Translations under genes and position numbers: made by a program
Notes under the pieces: generated by a model
Databases searched by the model: none
The model's input: the letters and a program-made list of their open reading frames with translations, nothing else
What the model was told of the DNA's origin: nothing
Source of the DNA: the human T2T-CHM13v2.0 reference genome, Homo sapiens
Reading direction: 5' to 3' (one strand)
DNA length: 64,000 bases
Assembly: GCF_009914755.1 (NCBI RefSeq)
Contig: NC_060926.1
In this document: positions 27,905 through 41,209 of the stretch, one piece after another
How positions within the stretch are numbered: the stretch's first letter is position 1
How the letters are laid out: each line of letters begins with the position of its first letter

Positions 27905-28123
27905 CAAGCTTGTGCAACCCATGACCCAAGGGCTGCATGTGGGCCAGGATGGCTTTGAATGTGGCCTGAAACAAATTCAAAAACCTTCTCAAAACGTTAT
28001 GAGGTTTTTTTTGCAATTTTTTTAGCTTATCTGCTATCGTTAGTGTGAATGTATTCTATGTGTGGCCCAAGACAATTTTTCTCCCAATATGACCCAGGGA
28101 AGCCAAATGATTGGACACCCCTG
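27905..28123 (-). mobile_element. MER30 hAT-Charlie MITE
   Basis: Ends CAAGCTTGTGCAACCC and ATTGGACACCCCTG, with an 8-bp TSD CTTTAGCG/CTTTAGAG. Confidence 0.9.
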
Positions 28124-28319
28124 CTTTAGAGCACTTTACTCCTTCTATTTCTCTCCAATGCTTGGCACATGCTTTGCACGTACTTGGTGTTCAGCACATT
28201 TTTATTTAAATATAAACAAACTGAAGATAAATACCTCAAACCTTTAATTCTCTCCCCTCTCCCCTACCCTAATTAGTTTTAACACACAGCAGAATTAGTA
28301 AGAATATCAATCCTCTATC

Positions 28320-28470
28320 TACAAATTTCACTCCCTCATTATTTTCTGAGTGTGTAACTTCGAGAAAGTTATTTCATCTTTTTCTACCACAAGTTCCACA
28401 TTTGTAAAATAGGAGAAATAGTAGGGCATGATTTATAGGGTTTGCCATAAGCATTATTTACATGTAAAAT
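28320..28470 (+). mobile_element. MIR fragment
   Basis: TGTGTAACTTCGAGAAAGTTATTTCATCTTT...CAAGTTCCACATTTGTAAAATAGGAGAAATAGTA. Confidence 0.6.
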
Positions 28471-28574
28471 ATGGAATTACCAGCTATTTATTCTTTGGAC
28501 TACTGCTTCACTTCTCTGAATGACAATATGCACATTTTTGAAATTGGGTTATTAATACTAGGATTCACAGGGAC

Positions 28575-28790
28575 ATAAAGTAGATTCCTGCTTGCCTAAG
28601 ATTGGGGTGGGAATAGGAAGTGATTGTGAATGGGCACAAGGTTTCTTTTGGGGATGATGGAAATGTTCTGAAAGTAGATTGTGGGAATGGTTACACCACT
28701 CTGTAAATATACTAAAAGTCATAATGACAATCTGAAATGAGTGAATTTTTTGGCATGGAAATTATACTTAAATATGCAAATTTAAAAGGA
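28575..28790 (+). mobile_element. L1MB-like 3' UTR end
   Basis: AATGGGCACAAGGTTTCTTTTGGGGATGATGGAAATGTTCTGAAAGTAGATTGTGGGAATGGTTACACCACTCTGTAAATATACTAAAA is characteristic of L1MB/ME 3' ends. Confidence 0.8.
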
Positions 28791-30289
28791 AATAATAATA
28801 CCAGAATTCAAATCAGGTCTATCAGTTCAATGTCAATATTGTTTGTTCCTTATATCCACATCCTATAAAAATGAGTTTATGTTTAAGTGACCATACTAAT
28901 TGACAAAATGGTTTTTGGGGAAGAACTTAGTATAGATGGTACGGAGGGAATCTATGAAGTTGCAACCCTTACCTAATCCTGCAAAAGAACCAGTTTTTAT
29001 TGTTTTTTTTAAATATAGTAGGCGATCTTTTAAAAAGTTTTTAGGGATAATTTGATTTAACAGTCATCTTCTGCCTATGGGTAAAGAAAAGATATTATCA
29101 AATTATACGTAGGTAAGAAATACATTTATCTTACCTTGCTAAGAAATGACTGCTTCTTTCTCTCCTTCCACATGACTGCCTTATTTTTATTTCTGAGACA
29201 GAGAGGCTGATATTAGTTGTTAGAGATCATTTCTCTTCATAATGCATGGACAGCATTTCAGAAGAACAAATCCCTTACAAACTAGCAGGGATTGAAATAA
29301 AAGTATTGGGATAATTTTACCTTTTTCTTGAAATCATCAAAATATTTACTTATGTGTTAAGTACATAGTTGAATAAAGTTTATTTAGAGTGTTGAATGCC
29401 TTAACCACATTTATAAAAATGTATTAACCTTTTTATATCATGTGTTTGGAAACATTTTACCTTTCCTTAGATAAATTAAAGAAAAAGGTAATGTAAGCAG
29501 AAGATGAAAACTCGGGAGCTCTTGCTAGAATAGAATTTCAGGATGCATTTAAAAGTCCTTCTAATATTTTATATTCAATATCTAAATTCAAATGCTTGAA
29601 GAAGACATCTTCTACAAAGGGATTAGGAAAGGAGAAATGATGGTTTTGGATGCATATATTTGAAATGAATGGTGTTTCTTCCTCTTTGTGATAGGAGATT
29701 CCATTCCATATCATAAGCTGTGGCCCACACTGTTAGATCTGAGAGTTTTTAAACCTGCATGCTTTTGTGAGTTACTGGGTGTCAAAGGTGCTCCATTAGG
29801 GTTGTGTTGCCTCTGAAAAGGTTAAATGCAAGAACCTCAAAGGCTTTCAAAAAGGAGAAAATCTATTGTCAGGGACACTATATCTCCCAGCTCAGGAGAG
29901 TCTGCCTCTGCTGATCCACCCTCTTACTTTGAAAGTTTGAAAATCCATAAGAGGTGGATGGGTATGTCAAAGATGTTTAAGACCTGGTATAGGTTGGATT
30001 TATTTCTGGATTATTCTGGCTTATTTTCATTGTTTAACACAGGAAAAATGGCAACATCGTTGTCTTATATATCTTTGAGGGCTAGATAATACACCGCAAT
30101 GAATGGCAGTGTTTGGAAAATGTGAATTCATGTGGTTACTCCACGAAAAAGTCTCTATGTTTTAAGAGAATACATATGAAAAGACAATCATTGTCCCTCT
30201 GGCAGTAAACAATTGCAAAATAAAATGTACAACCACTTCCAATTTGCAAAATCAGCTTAAAATAAGATAATAGGTTAATAGAGCAATTA

Positions 30290-30535
30290 ATTTGTCAATA
30301 AATAGTTATTGAGCACCAAGTTGGATGCTCTTTGAGAGATATGAGGCATGAAAGCATAACCGTGTATGTCCTAATGCACTGACAATTAGAGTTCATAGAT
30401 GACCAGGGAGGTGCTGTCCTAGAGTAAGCTTTTAAGGAAACAGGAGTGAAGTTAGAACTTGAGATATAAGAGGATTTAGGTGAATGAAAGCAGGGCTACT
30501 ATCAAAGGGGAGTAACAGCATGAAACAGATATGGA
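30290..30535 (-). mobile_element. L2 3' fragment
   Basis: TCAATAAATAGTTATTGAGCACC followed by purine-rich reverse L2 sequence. Confidence 0.5.
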
Positions 30536-32382
30536 AAGAAATTCATTTCTTTCCAGGAATTATCATTATTAATTCCTCTTACAGATTCAATGTACTTTTC
30601 AGAGTACTTTAATTTTTAGATATGACTTTGGAAAAAATGAATAGTTCAGAATAAAGAGTAAAGCAATGCTCAGAGTGCTTGTGTGGGTAAACGGATAACA
30701 AAAATATCTGGAAACCTTGTGAAGACAATATTTAGTTTTTGGAATGAAAGAAGTCCATCAGATGAGGAATTGAACACAACACACTTGGTTTCAATCATAC
30801 CTATAAAATGTGTACATTAAATAGGAGACCTTTCAAGTCTGTTCCGAAACACACTGCTCTTACAAAGAATTTATTATAACTGCAGTGAACACTTCTTTCT
30901 AGGGAATACAATAAAGTATTATGCCTACATTAAAGCATTTGTTCCATTTAATGTTCACTAAAGAATATAACACAAGGTAGTGCAGCAAACAGGGCAAAGA
31001 ACATGGACAAGACTACATCTATGAAATATTAAACTAATTCATGAGAAACATTATTCAATGTATGCAGAATGTCTCAGGGTTCCCTGTGTGATATATTTTG
31101 CATTAACATAATTCAGTTAAAAACGACTAGTAGGATAGGAATCAAAATTTAATCAATTCAAAAGTTTGGCATTGATAATATATCTTCTTTAGTGTTTAGT
31201 CATATGCATTTAATGGTAGACTTCAGAACATAAAAACTTACAAAACTCATTTCATTTCGTCTTATATTTTCACCTCTTAAAAACATTCCATTCTTCCAGT
31301 GTAAGGACAGGAAATTTTAGGTTAATAAATTTGTGGAGGACATTTCTTTGAAAATTATGAAATTCCTCCCTATCTTGATCAACTTGTACCCTGGTGAATG
31401 TCTCTCCAACAGTGACTGTCAATGAGGAATCCTTAATGAGTGGGCTGCTGCTATTGCTCAGGAGTTGCTCATTAGAGGTTAGTTAAGAATCTGCTGGAGT
31501 TCTTCCCATAAATGCATAATGTCCACTCCAGAAGCTATCCTTTCACATGTAAACTTTTAACTAGCTCCTTTATACACCAGCTATGACCTTGGGCACACTT
31601 CAATGCCCCCAGCCAACTAGCATGGTAAAATAGTTGCTATTGTTTTTATATTTCTGGGTCCCTTCCACATGCTTAGAAAACAAGAAACTAAAAGGGTTAT
31701 TAAAAAGATGATTTAGAAATCAGCCTCGCTGCTACTCACATACTGTCACCTCTCTGACCTCTAAAAGTTGCAGCACAAAGTTGTAGTGAGTTATTGGAGG
31801 CAGGAGCATGACCAAGGAAATAAATCTGCAAGGTCTTTGCTGACCACTGCCTATTCACATCTACCATGAAGCCTGCCAATCAAAAATATTTCATGATCCA
31901 ATCCCATTCATTTCTAAAAAGATGATGAATGGGCTTACTTCAACTATAAGATGAAAGCTGAGGCAAAATTTTGATGTTGATGTCTACTAGATGGAGCAGA
32001 AATAATTAATGTTGCTTTTCGGCAGCATGATTTATCAGGGATGACACAGCATTTGGGTCCTTATGAACTAAGTGATAACAATTACTATAACAAAATTTTG
32101 ACAACTAAATTTGAAGCAAACTAAGGAACTTAATGAATAAAACAAGTTTCTTGATTTATAAAAACAGACAATCAGGGCCTTTAAAGAGAGTAAGACATTA
32201 TTAATCAATATTATTTTTGTGCCTTGACACTATTTACAAGGTATCAAAAACAAATATGGTTCAGAAGTATCATATGCCCAGATACTTTCAACATGAACTT
32301 TTATTCTTAAGCAGTTATGGGAACTGCTCAATATATTCAAATCAAGTTTTGTCAGTCTTTTTCCAAACCTAAAGTCATTATG

Positions 32383-32550
32383 TTCAATAAGTATTGGAAA
32401 GTATTAGCTCTATCTAAAAGATGGAAGCATTACCTGAAAAAAAGCTGAGTTTAAAAACAAATTCAATAAATATTAGAAAGTATTAGCTCTATCTAAAAGA
32501 TGGAAGCATTACCTGACCAAAAAAAAAAAAAAAAGCTGAGTTTAAAAACA
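32383..32550. repeat. ~79-bp tandem duplication, with an expanded A tract in copy 2
   Basis: TTCAATAARTATTRGAAAGTATTAGCTCTATCTAAAAGATGGAAGCATTACCTGA..A(n)GCTGAGTTTAAAAACA starts at 32383 and again at 32462. Confidence 0.93.
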
Positions 32551-34624
32551 CTAACAGTACCAGATATTCCTCTAAAAAATCCATTTATTGAGAGTTTATT
32601 TGTATTATTATTATCTTCACTTCCTGGATGATAACAGATCATGAAATTAAATGTACAATTATTTCCCCCCATTTTTCAATATAAAACTAATTTAGAGTAA
32701 TTAATCACCATGAATTTGCAATTGATGGAGTTGTGTTCCTCATCTTAATTGTTTTCTAGACAGATGGACGTGGTATGAAAGCCAATAAAACTAAAAGGCA
32801 GGGACTATCAAAAAATTATATAATAGCTTTTGCATCGAAGATACTCTTAGAAAGTCAAATTCTTAACATTTGGGACTGCTAATGAGTAGCACTGAAACTG
32901 ATGTGAACAATCAGTATCAAACTTTGAATTTCTTTTAAAAAGAACAAACAAAAGTTCTATTCAATCAGCAACATGTCTGCCTCTACTGGCTTTAAAAATA
33001 ATTATACCAGAGACTTCTAAGTTATAACAGATCTTTTCTAATTCCACAAATTATTATGAACTAAAATAAAATAAAGCTTGCAACAAAAATTCATTTCCGC
33101 TACTTTTAATCTCTTTTAAACACTGTTTAATACCTAGAAATTTTAAACTTAACTTTGAAGGAAACCAGCATTTCTAGATAACATAAAATGAATATTAACA
33201 TTCCAATACTCTAAAATTAGAGAAATACTGTTAAAATTTCAAGGATTTCAGTTCATCATAATACAAAGTAGAAATCGTCATACGAAAGTAAAGACATTTG
33301 GAATAAAACACAAGATGTAAGGTTGAATCATGTCTCCACCCTATAAGTATTTCCTGGTATCAGTACACATATACATCAATACCGTATAAATGACTATGGA
33401 CCTTAGGGTACGAATAAGAATCACACATACAATGATGCTTTTTGAGGCACTCAAGGCTTTTCCATTTTTATTGAATAATATCCTTCTAGTATGTTTCTGA
33501 AAGATTTTGACAAGAATGCTTTGAAGAAAAATGTTTTCTTTCTATGTCTAGTAAATCCAAATTATTATAAACTGAAATTTTGAACAATTTGATTCATTGG
33601 AATTTTATTCTAAACAGAGAGCTCTTTGTAATATTTTGAATTATTTTTTACATTCATATAATCCTATTAGTGGCCCACCTATCTGTACTCTATTTTTCAA
33701 GATCTTAGTTACATTGGACAATGATTAATATTGCAACTCTCCTGTTTACCACCCAACCACCAAAATGGCTTTTATCAGAGTTAGAAAATTCAAGTATGGT
33801 GCTCTATCTTCACTTTCTCTGACTGGCAACACTGTGGTTGCATTCATGTGTGAAATATTTTTAAATCTAATTATTCTTACAACCAGTTAGGAGAAAGGGT
33901 CATTATTCTAGCTCATTAGCTGTTTAATTGGAAGGCATAACAGTGAATCTATGTTTTGACTCTCTAATTTTAATATCCAGCACTGCCAGGAAAAGGGGAT
34001 TGTAGTAATATCATGATTCTGAGAACCATGAGTAAAATGCACACTTCTTCCTGTCTTTCCTTAAATGGTATGATATTCTGCAACTACTCTGTGCAATGTC
34101 TTACTTCTTGAGTTGAGACTCAATATTACAAATTACATGTGTATTTTTTAACATCTGCAAAAAAGCATACACTGAGTACATGTACACACTCATGAATATA
34201 CACTAAAACTATCTGTATCTATCATTTTTTGTTTTCAGATCAAGAATTGACTTCAGATGATAAAATAAAAAAGAAGTATTTATTTAAAAATATTTCTGAA
34301 AGATAAGAAAGGTTGGCATAAGGGCATCATTGCTTTATTGTTCAGTTATTGTAATATGCATATATACATATCTATCTCCATGTACCTCCATGTAACAATG
34401 ACAGAAGCAATAGCAGAGTTTTGGGCTTTGTCTTAATATAGAGGAGAGTGAAAAATTAAACAAAAATAATAATTCATGTCACGGCACTAGCAGCAGAAAG
34501 AGTAATCCTGAAATATCTAAACAATAGGATGTTTGTTGAAAGCCATGTCTGTGGTAGAGTTTCATTACAAATTTGACTTTCATTATATAACTATCCCTTT
34601 AAGCCGGTCATTGTATAATGGTAT

Positions 34625-36799
34625 CGAATTAGTTTCTTACCACTGCTGTATCAAATTACTACAGACTTAGTGACTTAAAACACAAAATTATTATCTTACA
34701 TTTCAGAAATCTGACATGGATCTCAGAGGGCTCAGATTAAGGTATCAACAGTGTTCCTTTCTAAAGGCTCTAAGGAACAATATGTTTCTTTGCCTTTTTC
34801 AGTTTTAGAAGATCCCCCCTTTCCTTTGTTCCTGGCCCACTTTCTCTCTCTTCAAATCCAGGAATGGCTAATTGATGCCTTCCTGCTTGGCCTCATTCTG
34901 ATCTTTTTCATAGATTGCCACATCTCCCTCTGACTCTCTTGTTCTGCCCCTATCTTCACTTTTAAGGACATTTGTAATTATTTTGGGCTTACCCTGACAA
35001 TTCAGGAAATTTCTTTATTTTAAGATCAGCTAATTAGCAAACATAATTCCATCTTCCACCTTAATTCCCCTTTGTCATGTAGCAAAATATTTAAAGTTTC
35101 CAAGAATTAGGATGTGGAGATCTTTGTGGCAGCAGGGAGGGCATTATTCTGCCTACTACATGTTACTCGTTTGGCCTCAAACTGTTTACATTTGCCACAA
35201 ATGAAAAACACCTTCACCCCATTCCAAAATTTTCCAAATTTTTAACCTATTACAGCATCGACTCAAAATCCAAAAACTTATTTAAATCTCATCAACTCAA
35301 AAGTCCCAGATCCCTTTGAAATCATTGAAAAGTCTCATTGAAATCATCTAAATTAGTACAAGTGAGAGTCTCGGTATGACTCATCCTGGATCAAATTTCT
35401 CTCCATCTGTGGGTTCATGAAATCCCTCAAAAAACAATTTGCTCCCAAAGTATAATGGTGGTACAGACACAGGATAACAATTATAGATATTCTGGTTCCA
35501 AAAAGTGTGAAATGAAAGGGAAAAAAAGAATCACCAGTCCTATGCAATTTCTAAATCTCTTCCAAGAAACTTTTTGTATGACTGAGTATTCTGACCTTTT
35601 GATATTTCTGATATACCAGTGAAAGACTGTCCAGATGCACTGTGGTTTTTCTCTAGACCATGCTTTCCTTCCAGTGAATCTCAACTTTTGCATTATGTGC
35701 CATTAAAGTAAGCCAAGAATTAGTAAAATCATTAAGTCCAGTTTTTTGTTTGTTTAACAGTTCTTTGCTTACTCTATGTCTCTCCTCTCACATTTTGCTA
35801 TAAGCAGCACATAGGAAACCAGGCCACACATTCAACAGTTTACATAGAAATCTCCCCATGTACATATCCAAGTTCATCGCTTATAAGTTCTGCTCTCCTC
35901 ATAATTGCAGCACACAATTCCTCTAAGTTTCTGCCATTACATAACAAGGGTACTCTCTCCCCCTCTCAAATAACATGTTCTTAATTCCTTATGATTCTTC
36001 ATTAGCAACATCTTTAATGTGTGCATTTCTTCTAACGGTCTACTTACAAGGACTTAGGTATTCTCTAATGTGGTATGTTTTCCCTACCACACTCTTCATC
36101 TCCTCTGAGTTCTCACTATCAGAGCCATTGACTTCCGTATTTCTACTAATAGTCTGTTCAGCACAATCTAGTATTTTTTATCATGCTCTTCAAAAGTTTT
36201 CCAGCCTCTGTTTTTTGCCCAATTTCAAATCTACTTCCACATTTCTCAGTGCTTTGTTACAGTGGTATACCACTTCGAGGTACTAAAATTTGTATTTGTT
36301 CCCTATTTCTGCTGTTAACAAAGTACCACAAATCAGTGGTTTAAAACAACACAAACTTCTGAACTACTTTGGTACCATGGGTTTCACTTAGCTAAAATCA
36401 AGCTGTCTGCAGGGTTATGGTCCCTTCTGGAAGCTCTAGAGGACAATGCATTTTCTTGTCTTTCCTAGCTTCTAAAGGCTTCTCACATCTCTTGGCTCAT
36501 AGATCTCTCCTGTCTTCAAAGCCAGCAATGGTGGGTTGATTCCTTCTCACATCTCATCATTCCAAACTCTGCTTCTGACATCAAATCTGGTTCTCTTCTT
36601 CTACCTTTCACTTACACTTTAAAGGACATTTTTTATTATATTGAACACACCCAGATAATCCAGGATAAGTCTCTCTATCTCAAAATCCTTAACTTAATAA
36701 TATCTGCAAAGTCCTTCTTCCTATGTAAGGTAATATATTTATAGTTTTCTGACCCTAGGACCCAGATATCTTTGAGGGGCATTTATTCTGCCTACCATG
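34625..36799 (-). mobile_element. MaLR provirus: 3' LTR (34625-35160), MLT1-int (35161-36290), 5' LTR (36291-36799); MLT1D-like
   Basis: Two same-orientation LTRs begin (T/C)G.ATT.GTT.C..A....CTGCTGT and end ATTCTGCCTAC.. . The minus-strand internal start TACAAATTTTAGTACC resembles the MLT1-int start. An internal motif reads CCCAAAGTATAATGGTGGTACAGACACAGGATAAC. Confidence 0.85.
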
Positions 36800-38458
36800 A
36801 GCATAGACAGATAAAAAAAAAGTTTAAAAAATGTAATATATTCCATGTTGTACAGGCTAGGATTTAATCAGAAACTAAATTATCCAAATCCAAAATTTTT
36901 TCTATTTCATGTACTTATCTGTCTTTGAGAGCAGCATGTTCTTTGAAAAAAAGAGTAAAGTGTGGACTAAAAAATATGCTGTGATTCAATTCAAATCTGA
37001 AAACCCAAAGTGGAAGTCATCCCTTATTCACTGTCCATAATTTCACAAAAGCACTAACACACTGTAAAGCACAGTTTTTTCTTATTGAGATTTGAGTATC
37101 ATTTCCTTTGCTCTTTTTTGGCCTGCATTTACATTATTTAGACTGAAATAATCCCAAATATGAAAAGAACAGGGTATCTCTGACTTATAACTTTTTTCCT
37201 CCTGTACAATATTGGCATCCAAACTGATTCACAAGTGAAAATCTACAGACCATAGCACCTCTTATGAGCATATAGAGCAAAAATGTTGCTGTGGCTACTT
37301 TAAACATAACACAGATCAAGTGAGCCATATGTTATTTTCCCACTAGTTCTAAAAACAGAAAAATAATTAAACTATTTGGAAATAAATGTACACTTTGATA
37401 GGTATTAGCATAATCTTTGCTCCTAATATGGTACCTCCTACAAGGAAGAGGAAAGACATGAAATACATGGACATGGAAACAATCTTCCTAGCAGTCTAGG
37501 AGCTGGTTCCTTAAAGACCCTTCAGGATAATTGTTCCCACTCTTGACCAGTAGCTTCTCGTGGGAAGATTTTTAAACATTCTGCTTCTAGTCCTTTCCCT
37601 AGAATTAATAAAACAGAATCTCCAAAATTTGGTCCCCATGTAAGTGTTATTTTATGAAATGCAGTAAAATCTGGTTTTACTTTAAGATATAACTCATTTC
37701 AAAATGGAGTTAACTGCCACTTACACTGAAAATACCATAGGTGTTTTACATTTACTTCATATATTTTGTCTAATTGTGAATTTTATGGACTAAGGAGGAT
37801 TTAATGTTCCATTAGTGGTCAGTAATTTTGCCAGCATAAAGTAACAAATAGGAGGATTATTGAATCTGGAATACAGCAGGAGAACTTGAAAGAGAAGCTT
37901 CTTCTATCAGCTTTAAATAGAATCTTTGTTATAGGCCAGGATTCCATAAATTTCCACTGGGTTATATAGATAGTGATAGGCTGCGTAGGGGTCAGCTCCT
38001 CATCTGTATTTTCCAACATTGTCTTGTCCATTCCCTTGTATTGATGATATTTTTTTTCACAATTTTCCTTAATTTAACTCCCTTCTTTGCCATCAGTGAA
38101 CAGGTTTCTCAATATGTTTTATTTGCAATATCCTGAAGGACAAGGATCACACTCCACTATTCTCTGTTATAACACAGCCCAGAACAGAGCTGTTTCCATT
38201 ACTGTGTTAGGCCCTCAGAAGTAATAAAATACATTGAATGATTTCATCTCTTTCTAAAAGCCTGTCTTTCCTTTTCCAAATTGAGTTAGTGGTCGGCTAA
38301 TGGTAATATTTTTCTGTGATAATAATTTATTTAAATTGTTATTTCATCAAAACTGTAAGTTTATGTGTAGAAGTTCTAATTCATCCTTGCAATGCATGAA
38401 TAATAGAATGTAGCTGAAGAAATGTTTGTTGAATGAATATGTTGAGAAAATGGTTCCA

Positions 38459-38545
38459 TCTCTCTCTGTCTCTCTCTCTATGTCGCTCTCCCTCTCTCTG
38501 TCTCTCCTTCCCATCTTTTCTCCCTCCACCCTTCTCCCTTCTCTG
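38459..38545. repeat. CT-rich low-complexity tract
   Basis: Directly visible polypyrimidine/(CT)n run. Confidence 0.8.
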
Positions 38546-39704
38546 TATTTTTAATTATTAGGTCAGTATCTTAAGACAGTGCTTAATGTGGTTCACTTAA
38601 GTGAAATTTGTGTTTGTATGCACACAGGAGTATGACTGAAATATGGCTACCAGTTATAACTCTATCTAATCTAGCCAAAATGTGCTGTAATTTAAAAGAA
38701 TATTAAGTCAAAGAAGTTTGAAGAGAATTTTACCACTATAAATTCTTCCCTCTGGTAGAGCTCAAGTCATAGGGTAGCTCTCCTAATATTAGTTTAGAAC
38801 TAGGATCTTCATAAATAAATCACTGATAATTAATGTGATGAAAATCACATTAATACTCTTGGGAAGACAGTTCCTCTGCCTTATACAGGAAGACCTTTGA
38901 ATGATGACTTCAGAATTGGTTTGTCCAAAGAGACCTGACCAACAACAACTTCATCTCCCCCACCTCCACCCTGAACCATAGTAATCATTGCCACTTACTG
39001 AAACTGACATTCATTCACTTAATCTTTTACTCAAGGATTGACTGTGGCTTGTCTTTACAAATCTGATTTTGCAAATTCATGTTCATAAACGTTAATATAT
39101 GTCTCCATTAAATACGACAAAGCATGTTTTCATAAGGACACAATAAATCTCAATTTGTACATGCGAAAAGGTTTTGCATGCGAACTTTTTTCTTTAACAA
39201 GGAGTAGGGTTACAAAAGGATAACAAGCCTGTAAGAGGTAAATAATTCTATATGATAAAATACTTGCTTATAGTTAAATTTATATATTTTAAAAGATTAG
39301 TATTTTTGCAATCATGACATTTTTTGCTAATCAACATGTTTGCTTTACAGAGCTTTATAAAACAATTTGTGCAGTAATTAAATGTCTAACAAGGATTTTT
39401 ATGACTGTTTGCTGAACACAAACGTAGTTTAGCCTAGTAGTCTGGAGTTATTAAGTGAGCCATCATAATTTAATGTTTTAAATGAAACAAATTATAGACC
39501 TCTTCTTAGCCTTGTACGAGGCTCATATCACAATGGAATTTATTTACTTTAAATGTAACACATTCCACATTCCCAACAACCCGTTTGCAAACACATCAAT
39601 AAAACTCTTCTTTTTCATTTAGGTTTGTTCTTTAAGGCAAACGGTCCAGAGCAAGTAGAAATAAAGGGCAAAATTGATTTTCTTATAAGAGAGAAGGAAA
39701 AGGG

Positions 39705-39950
39705 AGGAACTAATATTTATTGGGCACCTACTGCACGTCAGCCAGTCTGCTGGATATCTTATATCCTCTCATTTAAGTCACACCATAACCCACAAAGAGG
39801 CAGTTTATACACATTTTATAGATAATGAAACTGAGGCTTAGTGAGGAGGTTAAATAACTTGTCCTAAGGTTGCTTGTCTTTGTCTAGTAAATGGCAAACT
39901 TGGGTTCTAACACAAATCATGTCTTTCCTTCTCTCCAACTGCTTCACACT
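39705..39950 (-). mobile_element. Near full-length MIR
   Basis: AACTAATATTTATTGGGCACCTACT...CATTTTATAGATAATGAAACTGAGGCTTAG...GGTTAAATAACTTGTCCTAAGG. Confidence 0.8.
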
Positions 39951-40147
39951 TTTTCTTACATTAATGATATCTGATGTGCACAAATGCACAAATCCAACCA
40001 GCACCTGGACTCAATTCTATAATTGCCAACAGTATTCCCAAACAGGAAATTTGCAACTGTTAAGAAGCCATTGCATTCAACTGTCTTTTACAGCTCATGC
40101 ACAGGTGCTCACATTATAAAAGGGAACATTTAATCCCTTTATCAACA

Positions 40148-40180
40148 GATACTGATATTGATATTGATATTGATATTGAT
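40148..40180. repeat. (GATATT)n hexanucleotide microsatellite
   Basis: Directly visible, ~5 units. Confidence 0.9.
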
Positions 40181-40855
40181 TAAACCACTTCCATCTATTC
40201 TTATCTGAAACCAGGCAAACTAATCATTTCCTTATGAAGGATTAGAATTCACACAGGACATCATATTGCATGTAGTTTGGAAAGGAAAGAAAATGCTTGA
40301 ACAGCATTTAAATATATTACATACATTGTACCAGATGCTTTCATATATGATATCTGCTCTAATCTTCCCCAAACTCTCAACTCATGCCTTAGCACATACA
40401 CTCATGTCTTGTCATGCATCCTCTTTCATTCACCAAATTATCTTTATTTTACAGAAAAGTAAATTGAGAAAGGCGAAGTTAATGAACTGGATATTAAGAG
40501 AGCTCCAAGAAGATAACTCAGGTTTTTGCCATCTGAACTCATGTTGTGGGGGTTGGGAATGGTGGGTAGGAGGGGAAATAGAGGATGGGAAGGGATGACT
40601 TCTTTTCTTCAAGTACCTGTATTACTTTTATATTCGTAAATGAAATATACTTTCTAAAAACATCCTAAACCTCAATCATTGTTGCAAATTTTAACTGGTT
40701 GGTAGGCAGCTACTACAAAAGTCAGGGCTAATTAACTCAAAATTATATGCCATATATATTTTTTAGTTCTGTTCTGGATTTCTCTCCTACCTTTCTGAAC
40801 CAATGCTTGTCATTTCCTCTTTGGATTCTCATAACCAGAGGGTGATGTCATAGGC

Positions 40856-41199
40856 CAGTGGTCAGCAAATTGTGACATTTGTGCCATATCTGATCTACTG
40901 CTTTTTATCTAGCCCATCAGCTAAGAATAGACCTGTACAGTTGGAAATGTTGAAAAAAATTAGAAATCAAAGGAAGAATAATATATAGTAATATGTGGAA
41001 ATTACATGAAATTTAAATATCCTCATTTATAAGTACATTTGAACATATCACAGTCACACTCATTCCCTTGTGTGTTATCTGTGGCTGCTTTAGTGTCCCA
41101 ACAGAGGCAAAGTTGAGTATTTGTGACAGAGACTGTACGACCTGTAAACCCTAAAATATTTTCTCTCTGGTTCCTCACACATAAAGTTAGGCAACTCTG
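40856..41199 (-). mobile_element. MER58B-like hAT-Charlie MITE
   Basis: Ends CAGTGGTCAGCAAA and TTAGGCAACTCTG. Internal GTTGAGTATTTGTGACAGAGACTGTA...CCTAAAATATTT. The 8-bp flanks TCATAGGC/TTCTAGGC resemble a TSD. Confidence 0.8.
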
Positions 41200-41209
41200 T
41201 TCTAGGCTC

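Noticed and set aside
29826-30089. 87-aa ORF with a basic stretch and a PPSY motif
   Set aside because: No recognisable domain or supporting exon structure. The length is within chance expectation for 64 kb.
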